Origin: Phoronis australis
Lineage: Eukaryota; Animalia; Phoronida
Direction: 5' to 3'
DNA length: 64,000 bases
Assembly: GCA_002633005.1 (NCBI GenBank)
Contig: NMRA01000161.1
Coordinates: forward strand, 200,101 to 264,100
The position numbers were made by a program, and so were the translations under genes. Every line of letters begins with the position of its first letter. Within the stretch, counting starts at the first letter, position 1. This document shows positions 1 to 12,450 of this stretch, piece after piece. A model generated the notes under the pieces. The model worked only from the letters and a program-made list of their open reading frames with translations, was not told the DNA's origin and made no database searches.

Positions 1-169
1 GGGGGGGGGGGGCGATTGCTATAGTAAGCTCATGTCAGAAGTATGTTGAAAAGTTTTTCTTAATCGAAAGTGCATTTGCGCAACTGTAACGTGTCTCATG
101 CCATGGGTCAAATGAACCGTCTCAGCTTAATTCAATGGATCTCCCAGAGGCTCTCACAGCTCTGTAGTG

Positions 170-380
170 ACTGGGCAATGCAAAGTTCAGCAAAATAGTT
201 TGTTTCTCCAAGAGTGTCAGAAACTACCTTACCGTCATTTTTCAGAAAAAAACAACAAAGCAGACGCCGCAAGAAATGCACAGGCGTTGAAGAAGGATAA
301 GCAGTTTAGAGAGGAAGATTGGCTGACATCACAGCAGGTTAAAGGTTTGTTTTGACGTTTGTCTGCCTTGAACAGCCCTG
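170..380 (+). pseudogene. Degenerate fragment resembling the C-terminus of a large invertebrate DNA-transposon protein
   Basis: Frameshifted FSKSVRNYL..IFQ / KADAARNAQAL..F.EEDWLTSQQVKGLF*RL; recalled resemblance only. Confidence 0.35.
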
Positions 381-784
381 GGAAATTGTCAAGTTATGAA
401 GAGAGTGAATTTGACAGTGTTGTCGAGGATGACTTCAGATTTCAGCTTCTTCAAAAGATTATGCAATATGTTGGGTTGCCTAAGTGATTTGACCAAGTGT
501 TATTAATGTGGTGTAGAAACTGTGGCAATAAAGCAACACGTTTTGCGATTTTATCAGCCAAAGCATAAGTGGGTTCAGTAAAAACAGGATACTTAGTCGG
601 TGTTCTGGTCAAAATTTTGTTGTCCAGTTTTTTGGAGACTACATGTACTTTAAAGATGCTGCTATTTCGGTTTTCATTTTTCAAATCACTAACTCAGTCA
701 ACCTAACTTAACTAAAATGCGACACCATATCTGAGAGTTGGCTTATGTACAAGTAAAAGGAAAGGTAATGATTTAGGCATACCG

Positions 785-1152
785 GCGAGTTACATGTACC
801 ATATGTGATGACGAGTTAAGTGAGTTCACTTATACTTTGAAAGGTTAATTTTGGGAGTGTGATACTGGAGCCAATTCACTGGCATTTAGACTACCTAACA
901 CATATAATGAGATATCTCGTTTTTCCATGCTACTTTGTACATGTATAAATCAACTGGGTGATAAGCGTTCAACCAGATTGTAATCACATTAAGTACATGT
1001 ATCATTTTTTATTTTAAAGTGGTCCAACTAATTTCATGTTTAGACTGACGAGTTACGTGTACGGTATGGGATGACGAGGTAAGCGAGGTCACCTAAATTT
1101 TGAAAGGTTAACATGGGTAGTGTCATATTTGAGCCAGTTCAGTAGCACTTAG
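785..1152 (+). repeat. Diverged direct duplication of about 105 bp (785-890 and 1047-1152)
   Basis: GAGTTACRTGTAC...GATGACGAG..AAG.GAG.TCAC...TTTGAAA(A)GGTTAA...GAGCCA.TTCA in both copies. Confidence 0.75.
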
Positions 1153-2505
1153 ATCATTTACATGTAGATTTCAAAGGTTTGTTGCCATTTTCGCAAAGAA
1201 AAAGTTGATAATCTCGCTATTAAAGAAAGACTAGATTAGAGCCCAATGTGTATGAAGAAAGTATATTTTGATCTCAGAACTATTTCAAAGTTTATATACG
1301 GCATATTGCAAGTCTACTGAGAGTAGTGGAAAAACACGAGCGTCAATACAATACTTGTCTTGTACTGAGGAACTTTATACTGGAAGCAGCCTTTATCATT
1401 TTAACTTCGTTCCCATGACCTTTGTAGTGGACGAAAATCTGATAATTCTTGCAACAGGAGGCTTTCATATACTCAAGAAAAGGCTGATCACGTGGGACTG
1501 GATATCATTGCCCTCTAGAGGACTAGGCAGTAATTTCGCTTTTTGAACTTCTCAAATCTAGTAACACACACTTAGTCAGCTCTGCGTGTCCACTAGGTGG
1601 TAGTGAATACGCAGGCATCAATTAATTTTTACACCGGCGTTTCTAATTGACTGGTCGAATTCTCAACAGGTAGCGCTTTACATAAGCAAATTGGCAACTG
1701 AAGACTGATGGAGGAAGTGTAAATGTAAATACAGTTTCTGGTCTGTTATACAGGCAAATCGGTGGTTAATTCATGCTCAAGAAATTTGAAGCATAAAGTG
1801 GTGATTGTGCCTTTCCGGAGTGCATTTTTCTACTGTCGCTGACTTCTGTTTGCTGTCCTGTACTCACACACAGTATGAATAACACACCAGTTAAATGGAC
1901 CCGATACGTGTGCACCTGTACATGTACGTGCTTTATCACGCGGCTATTAAACCGCATTACTGCAGAAACGAAATACATGTATTTGATGTCATCCCACTGA
2001 CAATGCTAAGCCGTTCATAGTCCGCCATATTATTAAATCTAACCAATGACAGCCGAGATTACATCAACCAATGATGAAACGCGTGCTAGTGAATGATACC
2101 TGTGTGTTTGGACACACAGGGAACCAGAAAGTTAGTCAACTGTGTTCCTTTGTGCTTCCCGCTGCGCAGACGAAGTATCTTCTGGGTAGCCGGTTCTATT
2201 TGGTCATAACGCGCTGCTTCTTGAAAGTTTCCCATTTCTCACTTGTGTCAGTCGCGACACATTGTATACAGACAGTAAAGTGATAACAGGGGGAATTCCA
2301 CTCCAAAAGGTGAAGTTATTGCGGCACTGACGGCTTTATAACCTCCAACGAGTCCCTCACCTTGCCACCGTCCTTCGCCTCCAGTGCCCTATATCGTGTC
2401 AAAACAAAAATAACGTTTGTTAAGGCCCACTCCAGAGCTAATACTTCTTTGTTAATCGGACAACCACAGATAAACCATACATTTGTGATACTGTTCATAC
2501 AACAC

Positions 2506-4010
2506 TGTTAGATCTAGAAAGCCGCAAGAGGGTGTTCAGTGATTCAGTTAACATATTATCCGATAGATGTCGCAACAGCTCCTAGTCAAGTACAGATAGA
2601 AGTATAAACTCTTTGCACGTCTCTTTGTAGACATTACTGCGCTCACTAATTAACGCTCAATCAGTGGTGGCAGCGGTGCCAAACGTCCGGTAGATTTCGT
2701 CTACACCCTCACTTCGGTCGCCGCTTTCCTTCCTTTGTGTGTGATTTTCACTTTTAAACAGTTAATTTATACCCAGCACCTTACTTAATCCGACCTCCGG
2801 GTCTGGCAATGGCGAAAAACCTGTTCCAGGCATTAGACCCCCCGCACCTCACATCCTAATTACGGACAATCCGTCCGAATAAGGCCAGACTTTTAAACAG
2901 AAATTGGGCCTCTATAGTACCATCACCGGGTTAGCTGACCAGTCCCATGAATACCAAGTGGCCCTGTTTTTGCACACGTTTTGTGACGTAGCGTTGAAAA
3001 CTTACAATAGCTTCCACTTCAACACGGCTGAAAGTGATCGTACCCTGTCAAAGATAATTAATAAATTTGACCAGTATGCTGTTGGTACGCTCAATGAGAC
3101 CTATGAACGTTTTCTACTCAACTCGCGCACTCAAATCCCTAATGAACCATTTTAGTCTGCTATTCGTGGGCTCGGCAAAACCTGCAACTATTGTGACACT
3201 TGTGTGAACTCGTAAATCATACATGACTGTATTGTGTTGTGTATTCGTGATGACACCACACAGCTAGCGCTACTCAAGGAACCAGCCCGTGCGTTGACAT
3301 TTGTAAAACGTACGAACACGCTACTACACAGGGCAAAGTGCTGAACTCGGCACAACCCGTTAACAACGTGGACGCTAGTAAACCCTCCCTAATTGCCACC
3401 CCCACAGGTACGACTGTGGTTCTATTGCGGAAAAAAGCATGTGACGAAAAACAAAAATGTGCCCGGCCTGCGGAAAACCTGTTTCAACTGTCAGCGACCG
3501 AACCAATTCGCGTCCAACTGCCCTCCGATACTCATGCAGCCTGACCTTCCCAAAGCAGTGCACCTAGATTCACCCCTGCTCGAAAAGGCCGACAACGTCG
3601 TGTGCATGGTGATAGACTCCGACTCAGATGAGAGCACCACATGGCTTAACACAGTTCACACAAACAAGTTAGAACGAACAAACCCCATTCATGTTCAAAT
3701 GAGAATAATCGAGGAGGACAGTGACGTCATATTTGAATCTGATAGTGGTGCAACCACGAGCACTATTTCTGTGAAATACGTCACCAAAGTACAAATAGAA
3801 CCTACAGAAAAGACACCATGTGGAACAAAGACACCCACGCACCTCTTGGTTGCATTACACAAAGCTAAGACGCAACGAAAATACTCCGTACCGTTCCTGG
3901 TGGTACAAGAAGACTTCACCTTCTTACTTTAACTCAGTTTATCTCTCCGAATGGGTCTGATCTCGGTGAATGAGGAAACTTTAAGCGTGCTAACCAAGTG
4001 TCACTCACTG
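2506..4010 (+). mobile_element. Truncated, decayed Ty3/Gypsy LTR retrotransposon (putative 5' LTR, PBS, gag, protease)
   Basis: Gag-like QVALFLHT..NETYERF..NSRTQ; zinc knuckles (C..CGKKH; TCFNCQRPNQFASNC); protease DSGA motif; stops and frameshifts; no RT. The LTR left edge is uncertain. Confidence 0.8.
2665..2678 (+). other. Primer-binding site complementary to the 3' end of tRNA-Leu
   Basis: TGGTGGCAGCGGTG one base after an ...ATCA LTR-type end (2663); reverse complement of the eukaryotic tRNA-Leu(AAG/TAG) end CACCGCTGCCACCA. Confidence 0.7.
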
Positions 4011-5315
4011 ATGATTTAAGGAAGCTCAACAGATAGGTTGGTACTAGAATTTTCTGAGAAGTGCGCCAGCTGAGATATCGGGAGACGAATCTAGCCAATT
4101 TTGACGGTTTCAAAATTATTCACTAAGAATTATCGAAATCTGTCAAATTTGCATAAATAAAGTAGTCGATGGTCACATCTGATCATTAACACAGGTTCAG
4201 TGTTTCAACGTCATTTCCACTGCTTAGGTTAGCTATTTGCTAAAACTCAACTGCTGGCCAGAAACAAATGGTTTTCATGTAAACGCAAAAAGGGTCTTGA
4301 GTCAATGGGGCCAGACTTATTACATAGGGAAATAAAAGAAGAATCTGTGACATGGCGTTGATCACCCTCTGTCTGATCCATCTGTGAAAATGCTCTTAAA
4401 ATACGAATTCAAATTTGTAATATTTCATTTGAAAAGGGGTTTCCAACTTTTAACCAATGGGAATGGCTGAATGTGGTGACGTCGGTTTCATTACATTAAC
4501 CAATGAGAAGCCATGTACATGTAAAACACCATCGACAGCACTCTGCAAGAGAGTAAGAAGGATTTAGATTTTTGATACTTTAGTGACTTCCGTCTCTTCT
4601 GAAAGACTAGTTAAATAAATCCGTTCAGTTTTCAAATGGTAGCAAACTGGAATTCTGATGTCGGATATTGCAAGCTTCAACCCGTTGTCAATCAATAAAT
4701 TCACGAAGGCTTGAATGGTAAACATGTACATGATATCTGCCTGTGTACCCAAAAAATGTGAGAGACCCCCTCCTGCGAGTGCCATGTCTGGTGTGCCTGA
4801 TGTCTGCGCTATATATAAAGCAGTGACGCATTTGTTTACTTACAAAGGCAACTGATACAGTCGTTGTGCTTTGTTTCCATGACTGAAATCATGGAACATC
4901 AAGTATAATTTTCTGTTATTTACAAGAACTCTTTAAATTTTCATTTCGACGCTATTTCATTTTTTAATTGCAGATCCCATATAATCTCATAATTTTTCGT
5001 TCCTTCTATCATTCGAATTTTGACTATGACCGAACACATTTTTGCCAAATATACGAGCAAATGTTAACTTAAAGGATTAAATTTTGTGAAAAAAGGCTGG
5101 TGCCATGTTTGAATCCACGATGACAAACTTGATCACGGATTAGCGTTGGGCACCTAGGTTGTTTTTCACTATACACGTGTTAATGTTCATTTACATCCAA
5201 TTTTATGATTTTATCAAGAATTCGACGACTTTTTAATTTCAGTCGCTGCACTAAGAATCTAGCGCTAGGCTGTTTGATTTAAAGCCAGCACTTGACTTTA
5301 GCGAAGCACTGTATC

Positions 5316-7384
5316 ACCCCGGCCAACCCGCGATCGCAAACGCGCGGAAGGCGATCGAGAACGAAATTTGGAGAGAGAAGCTAACCCAGGCAATGTGAGT
5401 TAATTTAATGATTTTTCGTTGTTTGTACTTCCAATGTGAAAACAGAGACATGAATTCAAGGCGCAACACAATGAGGAAGCGCAGCTAGAGATTTAGGCTA
5501 CTGTCTATTCCAATTATTGGAGAAAAGTTACGTTGACCTAGGCATCGCATGAGCCGAAGGTGATTTGTATGTCATTTTGGCAAATTGCAGTTGTGTATGG
5601 CATTAAATCAATAAATTGACCATGAAGTTATGAAGAAATGACATGTAAAATTATAACGCAACACTAATTTTTGAAGCTTTGTCAGGATCTCTGATTTTTC
5701 GACACTTCTCTATAATAGAAAAATGCATATAGGCGATTGGTGTTCTGTTTATGTGATCGGGAACACATCGTGGTATGTCCAACAATAATGAACATTTTAC
5801 TTATAAAACGTGAAAAAGGTTACAAAATAAGTGTGGTGCAATGAATTAATCAGATTTTGTGTCGTTATTGTGTTACTTTTGTATCAAAACTGAACAATAA
5901 CAAAACATAAATCTCCATGAGCAAGGCATGTACATCTAGCATACTATTTTAGTTATAGATATTTTCACAAATGAATTTATTTTCGTATCAGGAAACAAGT
6001 TCACTGGTGAGCTTCAACGAACATGTTACCCACGACGTGAAGGTACACCCTACCAAGGTTTTGAAATACAGACACCTACTTTTAGACGAAACCACTGGGG
6101 AACAGGGGGTTCTAAACTGAAGACTCACCCAGGAGTTGTTTCATGTGGCAGGTCAGCCAGGGGTAAACAAATTATTGCAGCTGGTGAAACCGAGTGTCGA
6201 AAAACAACAAATAGCCAGTGAAGTCAAAGAATGATGAGCTTGCCCATGGGGAGAGAGGGGAGTGCGACAACACCATTCACGAGATGATTCAAAGATTCCC
6301 ACTTATGAACATCTGCCATCTGAAAGTTGGCAAGAAGTTGTGTAAATTGTTATGCTGATAAAGCGGGTGGGATTTTACTTGATGTTTAACTGATAACGTC
6401 TATACAGAGATGAACAGATTGACTGGTGGAACCAAGGTGGCTTCAATATCACGTTGTATTTGACTCTTCTATTTTGTAGTCTTGGTCCCAAGTTCACCGT
6501 CTATCTACAGTTCATGATCTCCAGTTTAATGCGACATTGAAAAAGATTGAGACTGTTATAAATACAGCACTATATTGTGATTTTCTCAAAACGTAGGCAG
6601 CGTGTTGTCTTCACTTCAACTACACACTATAGTGATTTACACGAGAAATCAATAACCCAATAGCATTTCTATTTTAATATTAATCTTTTATCACACATAC
6701 CTCAAAATTGGTCATACCAAAATATATAGATTATTGCTTTAGGGAAATCGGCATTACAAATCCATTGAACATTTCCAACGAGTTACATTTGTAATGTATT
6801 AAACTAAATCAACACTGAATCATAGACAATGTGTTTCGGACTGGTTGATAGTATAATAGTCTCTCACAGGAAATCAACAACAACATGGAAGCAATTTCTA
6901 CTATAATCATAGACATATATTTTCTTTTAAAATACTAATTGGTCAGAACAATTGTATGTAAGTATTGTCCAATGACACTTAGTATGGCCATTAAAATGTA
7001 CCTAAACACTACAAAAATGCACTGGTTCTGTTACCAACTTTAAGTTAAAGATCCTGTTTAAAAACACAAATATAGAAAGAAACTTGAGGAAAAAGGGTTC
7101 AAAACAAAACGACAAAATACTATCACATCAGACAAGTACCAACCATAGCTCTGTTTGTCTGAATAAAATATAGTGACTTAACAACCTTCACTACTGAACT
7201 TAATGATTCCACACTGAATCGACTTGGTTCCTGAGCACGATGCTTCATAGTGTGTTTTCCTATATTGGTGAAAAACTCTTGATGCATGCAACTTGTCAAT
7301 CACAGGGCAGGTAAAGGTCTTGCTGGTTGTAGTGTCACTGTGTTTTATGTGGTCATACTAAGTCAATTTCTTAGTTCCTGAACG

Positions 7385-7420
<36 letters not shown>

Positions 7421-8170
7421 NACACACACACACACACACACACAAACACTGGCTTTGTGACATGCAGCAGTTGTACTACTCTTTTGTGACGGCGTGGAGG
7501 TCAACACCGTGAACGACTCGTCGTGTTGCTACAGTTCAACTGAAAAAAAATCAAACGCATTCAGTTATGTTTGTTAGGCTAAGTTTCACAAAGAAACCAT
7601 GAAAAAAAAACGATAACACGTAATTAATCATCAACCCATCAACTAATTTATGGTCCGTATTATTCTAAAACTATTGACATAATACCGGCGTACCTTGAAA
7701 GAATATTCCGCCCAATGCAGGGAAAAACTGAGATTTCACGATCGCCGTAGAGAATTATCCGCTTGCATTGGTAAATATCTCCAATTGTTTCACAAATCAT
7801 AACTAACAAAGGTGTAGCCAGAGACGACTGAACTATAAACGTCACACGTCTCTACTTAAGAACCCTGGAATTGCCAATTACAAGTAGAAATTGCAGAGTT
7901 TACGAAGCAAAAGGCATTTTACCGAAAGCCATTCCTTTCTGACCTCTTTATTTAAAAAATAAGCAAAGGCCAAATATTATTTCAGATCCACAACAAAGGC
8001 ACTACGCTCTGGCGCTTTTCTGTGTGTCGAATTCGTACCAAATCAGCCTCTATTTAAGAAGAAAATGACACTTAAGCTCACCGGGCACGTCACTGTCATC
8101 TGCCATTTTTTGTGCAAGGTCTCGTTCTTGATCGCCTTCCGAGCGTTCTCGATCGCGGGTTGGCCGGGGT
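5316..8170. mobile_element. Non-autonomous TIR DNA element, about 2.85 kb, with about 50-bp TIRs
   Basis: ACCCCGGCCAACCCGCGATCG..GGAAGGCGATC.AGAACGA at 5316 and its reverse complement ending at 8170; no clean TSD. Confidence 0.7.
7383..7444 (+). repeat. (CG)n(CA)n microsatellite
   Basis: Direct reading; contains one N. Confidence 0.95.
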
Positions 8171-9014
8171 CGTGTAAAGCGTGTGACGTTGATCGGTATG
8201 ATTCGTAATATCAGGTGGAATGATGTTTGGAAAGTTCCTGAAGTTCTATCCTTTAAGAATTACAATTATAAATTTTGTTTGAATGCAAAAAGAGTATAGC
8301 CATTCAATCTTGAGTTTGTTTTTACTGAGACATTTTACCTAAACAATGATGGGCAATGGCCCCTTGCGTGCTGTAGTGACCCTTCGCGGCTTGCTTAGAA
8401 TCTTTGCGACGAAAATGGCTTACGCTGCAAGGCGCCTAAGCCAGAGGGCGGTAAAACGTACAAGATGTGGACGCCTAAAGTAAAAAACACGCTTAATAAC
8501 TCTGAAAATTTTTGGCGTAGAGCCAAGCCAAACGGAAAGTGCATAGTTTAAACACGAACGGATATTCAAATCGACCTTACCTAACCTTCGCCAGTGTGAC
8601 GGAAACGCCATCCTACACATAACCTACGCAGCATCCCAGGTATATGACCCATCTTGTGCGCAACACCATTATGTTCATCTAGCCGTTACAGCAGCTAGTG
8701 GGAAACGCCGAGGGGAAATAGCTACATGTACACATAGGAGTTAACCGATCATGTGTTCATCGCAAGAGACAGGAATTTAATACTTCTTGAAAAGACCGTG
8801 TTCAAAGGTTCAAGCAGAATTTCTGCCACCTGTCAGATTTTATTAGGTAATTAAGGTGTGCGGCTGTGTGATTCTTCCCCTAAGCAGTACAGATTTCTTT
8901 CCAGAACATTTGACCCTGCCGCAACACAAAGAACGGTAATCAGATATTATTCAGTTTAATGTGAAAACTAAAGATGCATTTAAACTTTTTACAGTACATA
9001 AAGTATATAGATGT

Positions 9015-9178
9015 CAGTGGCGGATTTAGACCGGGGCCAAGGGGGCCATGGCCCCCCATAAAATTCTTCCAGCTTCCATTTGGCAGTTCGGGGGTGCGAA
9101 TGTCTCAGTGAAGGGCAAAATTCTGGCTAATATTCTATTTGCCGTGCCCCCCAACTCATAATCCTGGATACGCCCCTG
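9015..9178. mobile_element. hAT-like MITE with 5-bp TSD GATGT
   Basis: Ends CAGTGGCGGATTTAG / CTGGATACGCCCCTG; GATGT at 9010-9014 and 9179-9183; related copy at about 38741-38900. Confidence 0.75.
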
Positions 9179-9259
9179 GATGTATTAACAAAGGTTGGTA
9201 CATACTCAGGTAGAAAGCCAGGTAGCTGTACATGTACGTAGCCGTGTGTATAGCCAGCC

Positions 9260-10590
9260 AGCTAGCTGTATGAAGACTGTCGTCAAAATACAGCTACATG
9301 TAGGTCCAACTGTGTGTATTTCTTCCGTAGACCCCGAAACTGCACACAGCCTGGGTAGTTCTGCTCGTCACCGAGCCGTGAAAGTTGTATCAACATTTAA
9401 AGCTAAAAACCGGACGGTGTGCATGCAAAATCTGGGAGTCAACCGACACTCACCTTTTCCGTTACAGCCGTTTAAGTGAAAAACAATGCAATAAACTTCA
9501 TTTTCTTGCGTAACTCTCTGCCTTTTCTAACAATGAAAAGTATTTCGTCGTTTTGAAAACAGTACGCTCGTGTCACGCGCACGCGCCATTTCCTAAGTTT
9601 TTGCGACATCTCTCGGGAGATAATGATAGCTTGGAAGCAACAAAATTTCTTCTGAAATTCGATTTTTCGGTACCAAAATTCTAAAAACTTTTAATGAGGT
9701 GAAACCAGTTCTGATAATTTGTTGTGACGTGTACGCAACCTCGTGAAAGAACAACAGTTGATTGAAGAATCGGCGAAAAACGAAACTGGCCAATAGGTGA
9801 CGCAAAATTTCATGGCGCCGAAAGCGGTCGCTAAAGATCGCTCCACAACTTTAGCAGCAGAATAACGGTAGAACGCCATTTTTGCCAACACCGTTAAATA
9901 ATTCAAATTACTCAAGGAAAACTGTAGTTTTTAATGACGCTAATTTTGTGTCAGATTTTGTCTTACCACTTTTTTACCCGCATCGGTGCAAAGCTGTATA
10001 TTTATATACAGCTTTGTACCAAGGCTACCGTGTGTAGAGCTCCGTTAGACACCGAAATTTCACACAACCCCGATGCTCATCGTGAAACTTAGAGCTAACA
10101 ACCTGCCTTAGTGCAGGGGTGCATGCAGAATCTGGGAATGGCTAGACATTCACAGTGCCCGTTACAGCCGTTTATAGAAGTAAACAAAATCTAATAAACG
10201 TTATTTTTCGGAATTCTCCGCCTTTTGTAACAAAGGAAAATCCTATCTGCCGTCGTTTTGAAAACAGTGCAATCTCGTGACACGCGCACGTACGCGCCAT
10301 TTCCCAAAATTTTGCGATATCTCTCGAGATTATTTTATGAAATTGTTTTTTTGGTACTAAAATAGTAAAAACTTGTAACGAAAAAAAAAAACTACTTCCG
10401 ATTGTTATGACATGAACGCAACCTCCACAGTTAAATTGAAGAACATGGAAATTGGTCCGATAGGTGACGCAATGGCGCCCAAAGAGCGCATCGCAATTTT
10501 AGCAGCAGAATAACTGAACAACGCCAATTTTCCAACATCCGGGTAAATAATTTAGTTTAATCAAGGAAAAGTAAAAATTTCTTAATGAGG
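9260..10590 (+). repeat. Two tandem diverged copies of an interspersed repeat (family X: about 9260-9945 and 10030-10590)
   Basis: Shared blocks GCATGCA.AATCTGGGA, GTTACAGCCGTTTA, GTCGTTTTGAAAACAGT, ATAGGTGACGCAA, TTTAGCAGCAGAATAAC; third copy at 16450-16707 plus 18216-18255. Confidence 0.8.
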
Positions 10591-12389
10591 CTCCATGAAT
10601 TATATACGCGACAGAAGTCGGAGAGAGTGAAATTAAGCCGGCGGAGTGACGTCACCCAGGCCTTTTGAGCCGCCGACTGTCGTCACCAAGGCCAGTACGA
10701 AACTGGCCACCCTCCCTCCGCGTCCACGAAAAAACAGCCCGCGAGAAAAAATATAACACCTAGAATCCAAATAGGGGACCGGTGCAATACCTGGGACCAA
10801 GGTGGTGCAGAAACGCGCGCAACGAAGGTCTGTAGTGGAGGGGAGATGGAGTTTGTGCAAACGATGCATTTTATAATATATGATGATGAGTACCCAGTCT
10901 GAGGTTATTTATGCTCTTATCGACTAATTTGTACATTTTGTCAAAGATCTACAATACAATGGAAAGTAACTCGACAACTAATAGATCATCTGAAAGTTGT
11001 AATTCCGTAGACTTTGATTTTTAACTTAACGCCAATCTGTCAATAATTAAGTCACCTGACCTCCCTACTTATAGCAAAAAAGCAATAAAGAAATGGAACA
11101 ATCATAACAGAACAACAAGGTCAACACCACTTGAAGTTTTGTACGGTATAAACGTTCAAAAAATCCATAAACTTTAATGAATTTTATATCAATCCTATTA
11201 CTGACAGCCCCTCATGCAAAAGTGGAACCCAGCAGCGTTTTAGAAAACAGTCTGTGGTGCATAGTCGATGTTCATAAATTGGTCAAAATTAGACATGTTT
11301 CTATGGGTATACATAACCTTTAATTTGACACACTCGGTAATGACGCTGTCGCTATAGAACTCTGCATTGAAAGGGTGAATGCCCCTCTACGCAGAAATCA
11401 AGGGAATTACCCAACGCCTATTTCTAGCTACCACGACTACTGAAATGTTGTACATGCCCATGAGACCTTTTCTCCTTGTCGCGTATTGTTTGCCACTTAT
11501 ACAAAGAAGAATGAGTTCTTGTGTAATCACGCCTTAGCGGATTCTGTTCAAACATTCATGCCAATACTAACCGGCCGGCCGCAGTAACCGTCCAACAGTC
11601 TCACTACTGACGCGTAGTCTGACTTGGACTTCTCATCACACCCAAACCTCTGTGTTGCCTTTCAACCTCAATCATAACGTAGACAATAAATCTGAAACTA
11701 AATAAGGCGATCCAGATCCTCCCAAGGATACTATTGTTTCACGAAATGTAGAATATAAATAGGTAAATAAAACAACAAGAATGGATCAACAGAAATTTTC
11801 GGATATAATAACGTCCTCCGTCAACAGAAACAGAAATAAAGTAAAACCAAACACTATTTGACAATTGACATTATAACCTCAATCATTAAATTCATTAACG
11901 ACTATAGTCTATTCAATGTGTTTTTTCTAACAATAACAAACCACCACTCCGAGTAAATCAATAGACCTCATTCATACCTTGAACTTAAAATCAAATCGAC
12001 TTCACGATCTCTACGGGAAAACTGCCAAAAAGAAAACAATGTGCCCGAATACACGTTATTTCAATCAAGCTGTTTTAATAACACAATGGCAACAAAGCAC
12101 ATTGAGCTGATAGGTGCAGGAAATATAGGACTTTGTTGAGACATAAATATTTCATGCATCCGAGCGAGGAGATCGAATAATACAACTGCGTCACATTAAA
12201 TTGAGTTAGCTGAGAATCTCCGGCTGATGCGACGAATCGCTTGTCGGTTTGTTGTCAGCTGACAGGGGACTGTGCTGTAGTGTCAAATATTGTTCGGTCA
12301 ATCTGTTGTCCGTCTCTTGCGTGTTGGTGTTACCCATCTTGACGTTCCAGGCAAGAATTTGGCAACGAAAACAGAAGTGATACAATCCA

Positions 12390-12450
12390 ATGGATGTGCC
12401 TGTAGTCTGGGTATTGGTTTGTGGTGTGTTGAAGTCTGCACTGGCGTCAG
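12390..12450 (+). CDS. Receptor exon 1, signal peptide MDVPVVWVLVCGVLKSALAS-G
   Basis: ATG, hydrophobic core and small-residue A-L-A cleavage region, then donor CAG|GTAAAT in phase 1, which matches the phase-1 acceptor at 27503. Linkage across 15 kb is inferred. Confidence 0.7.
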
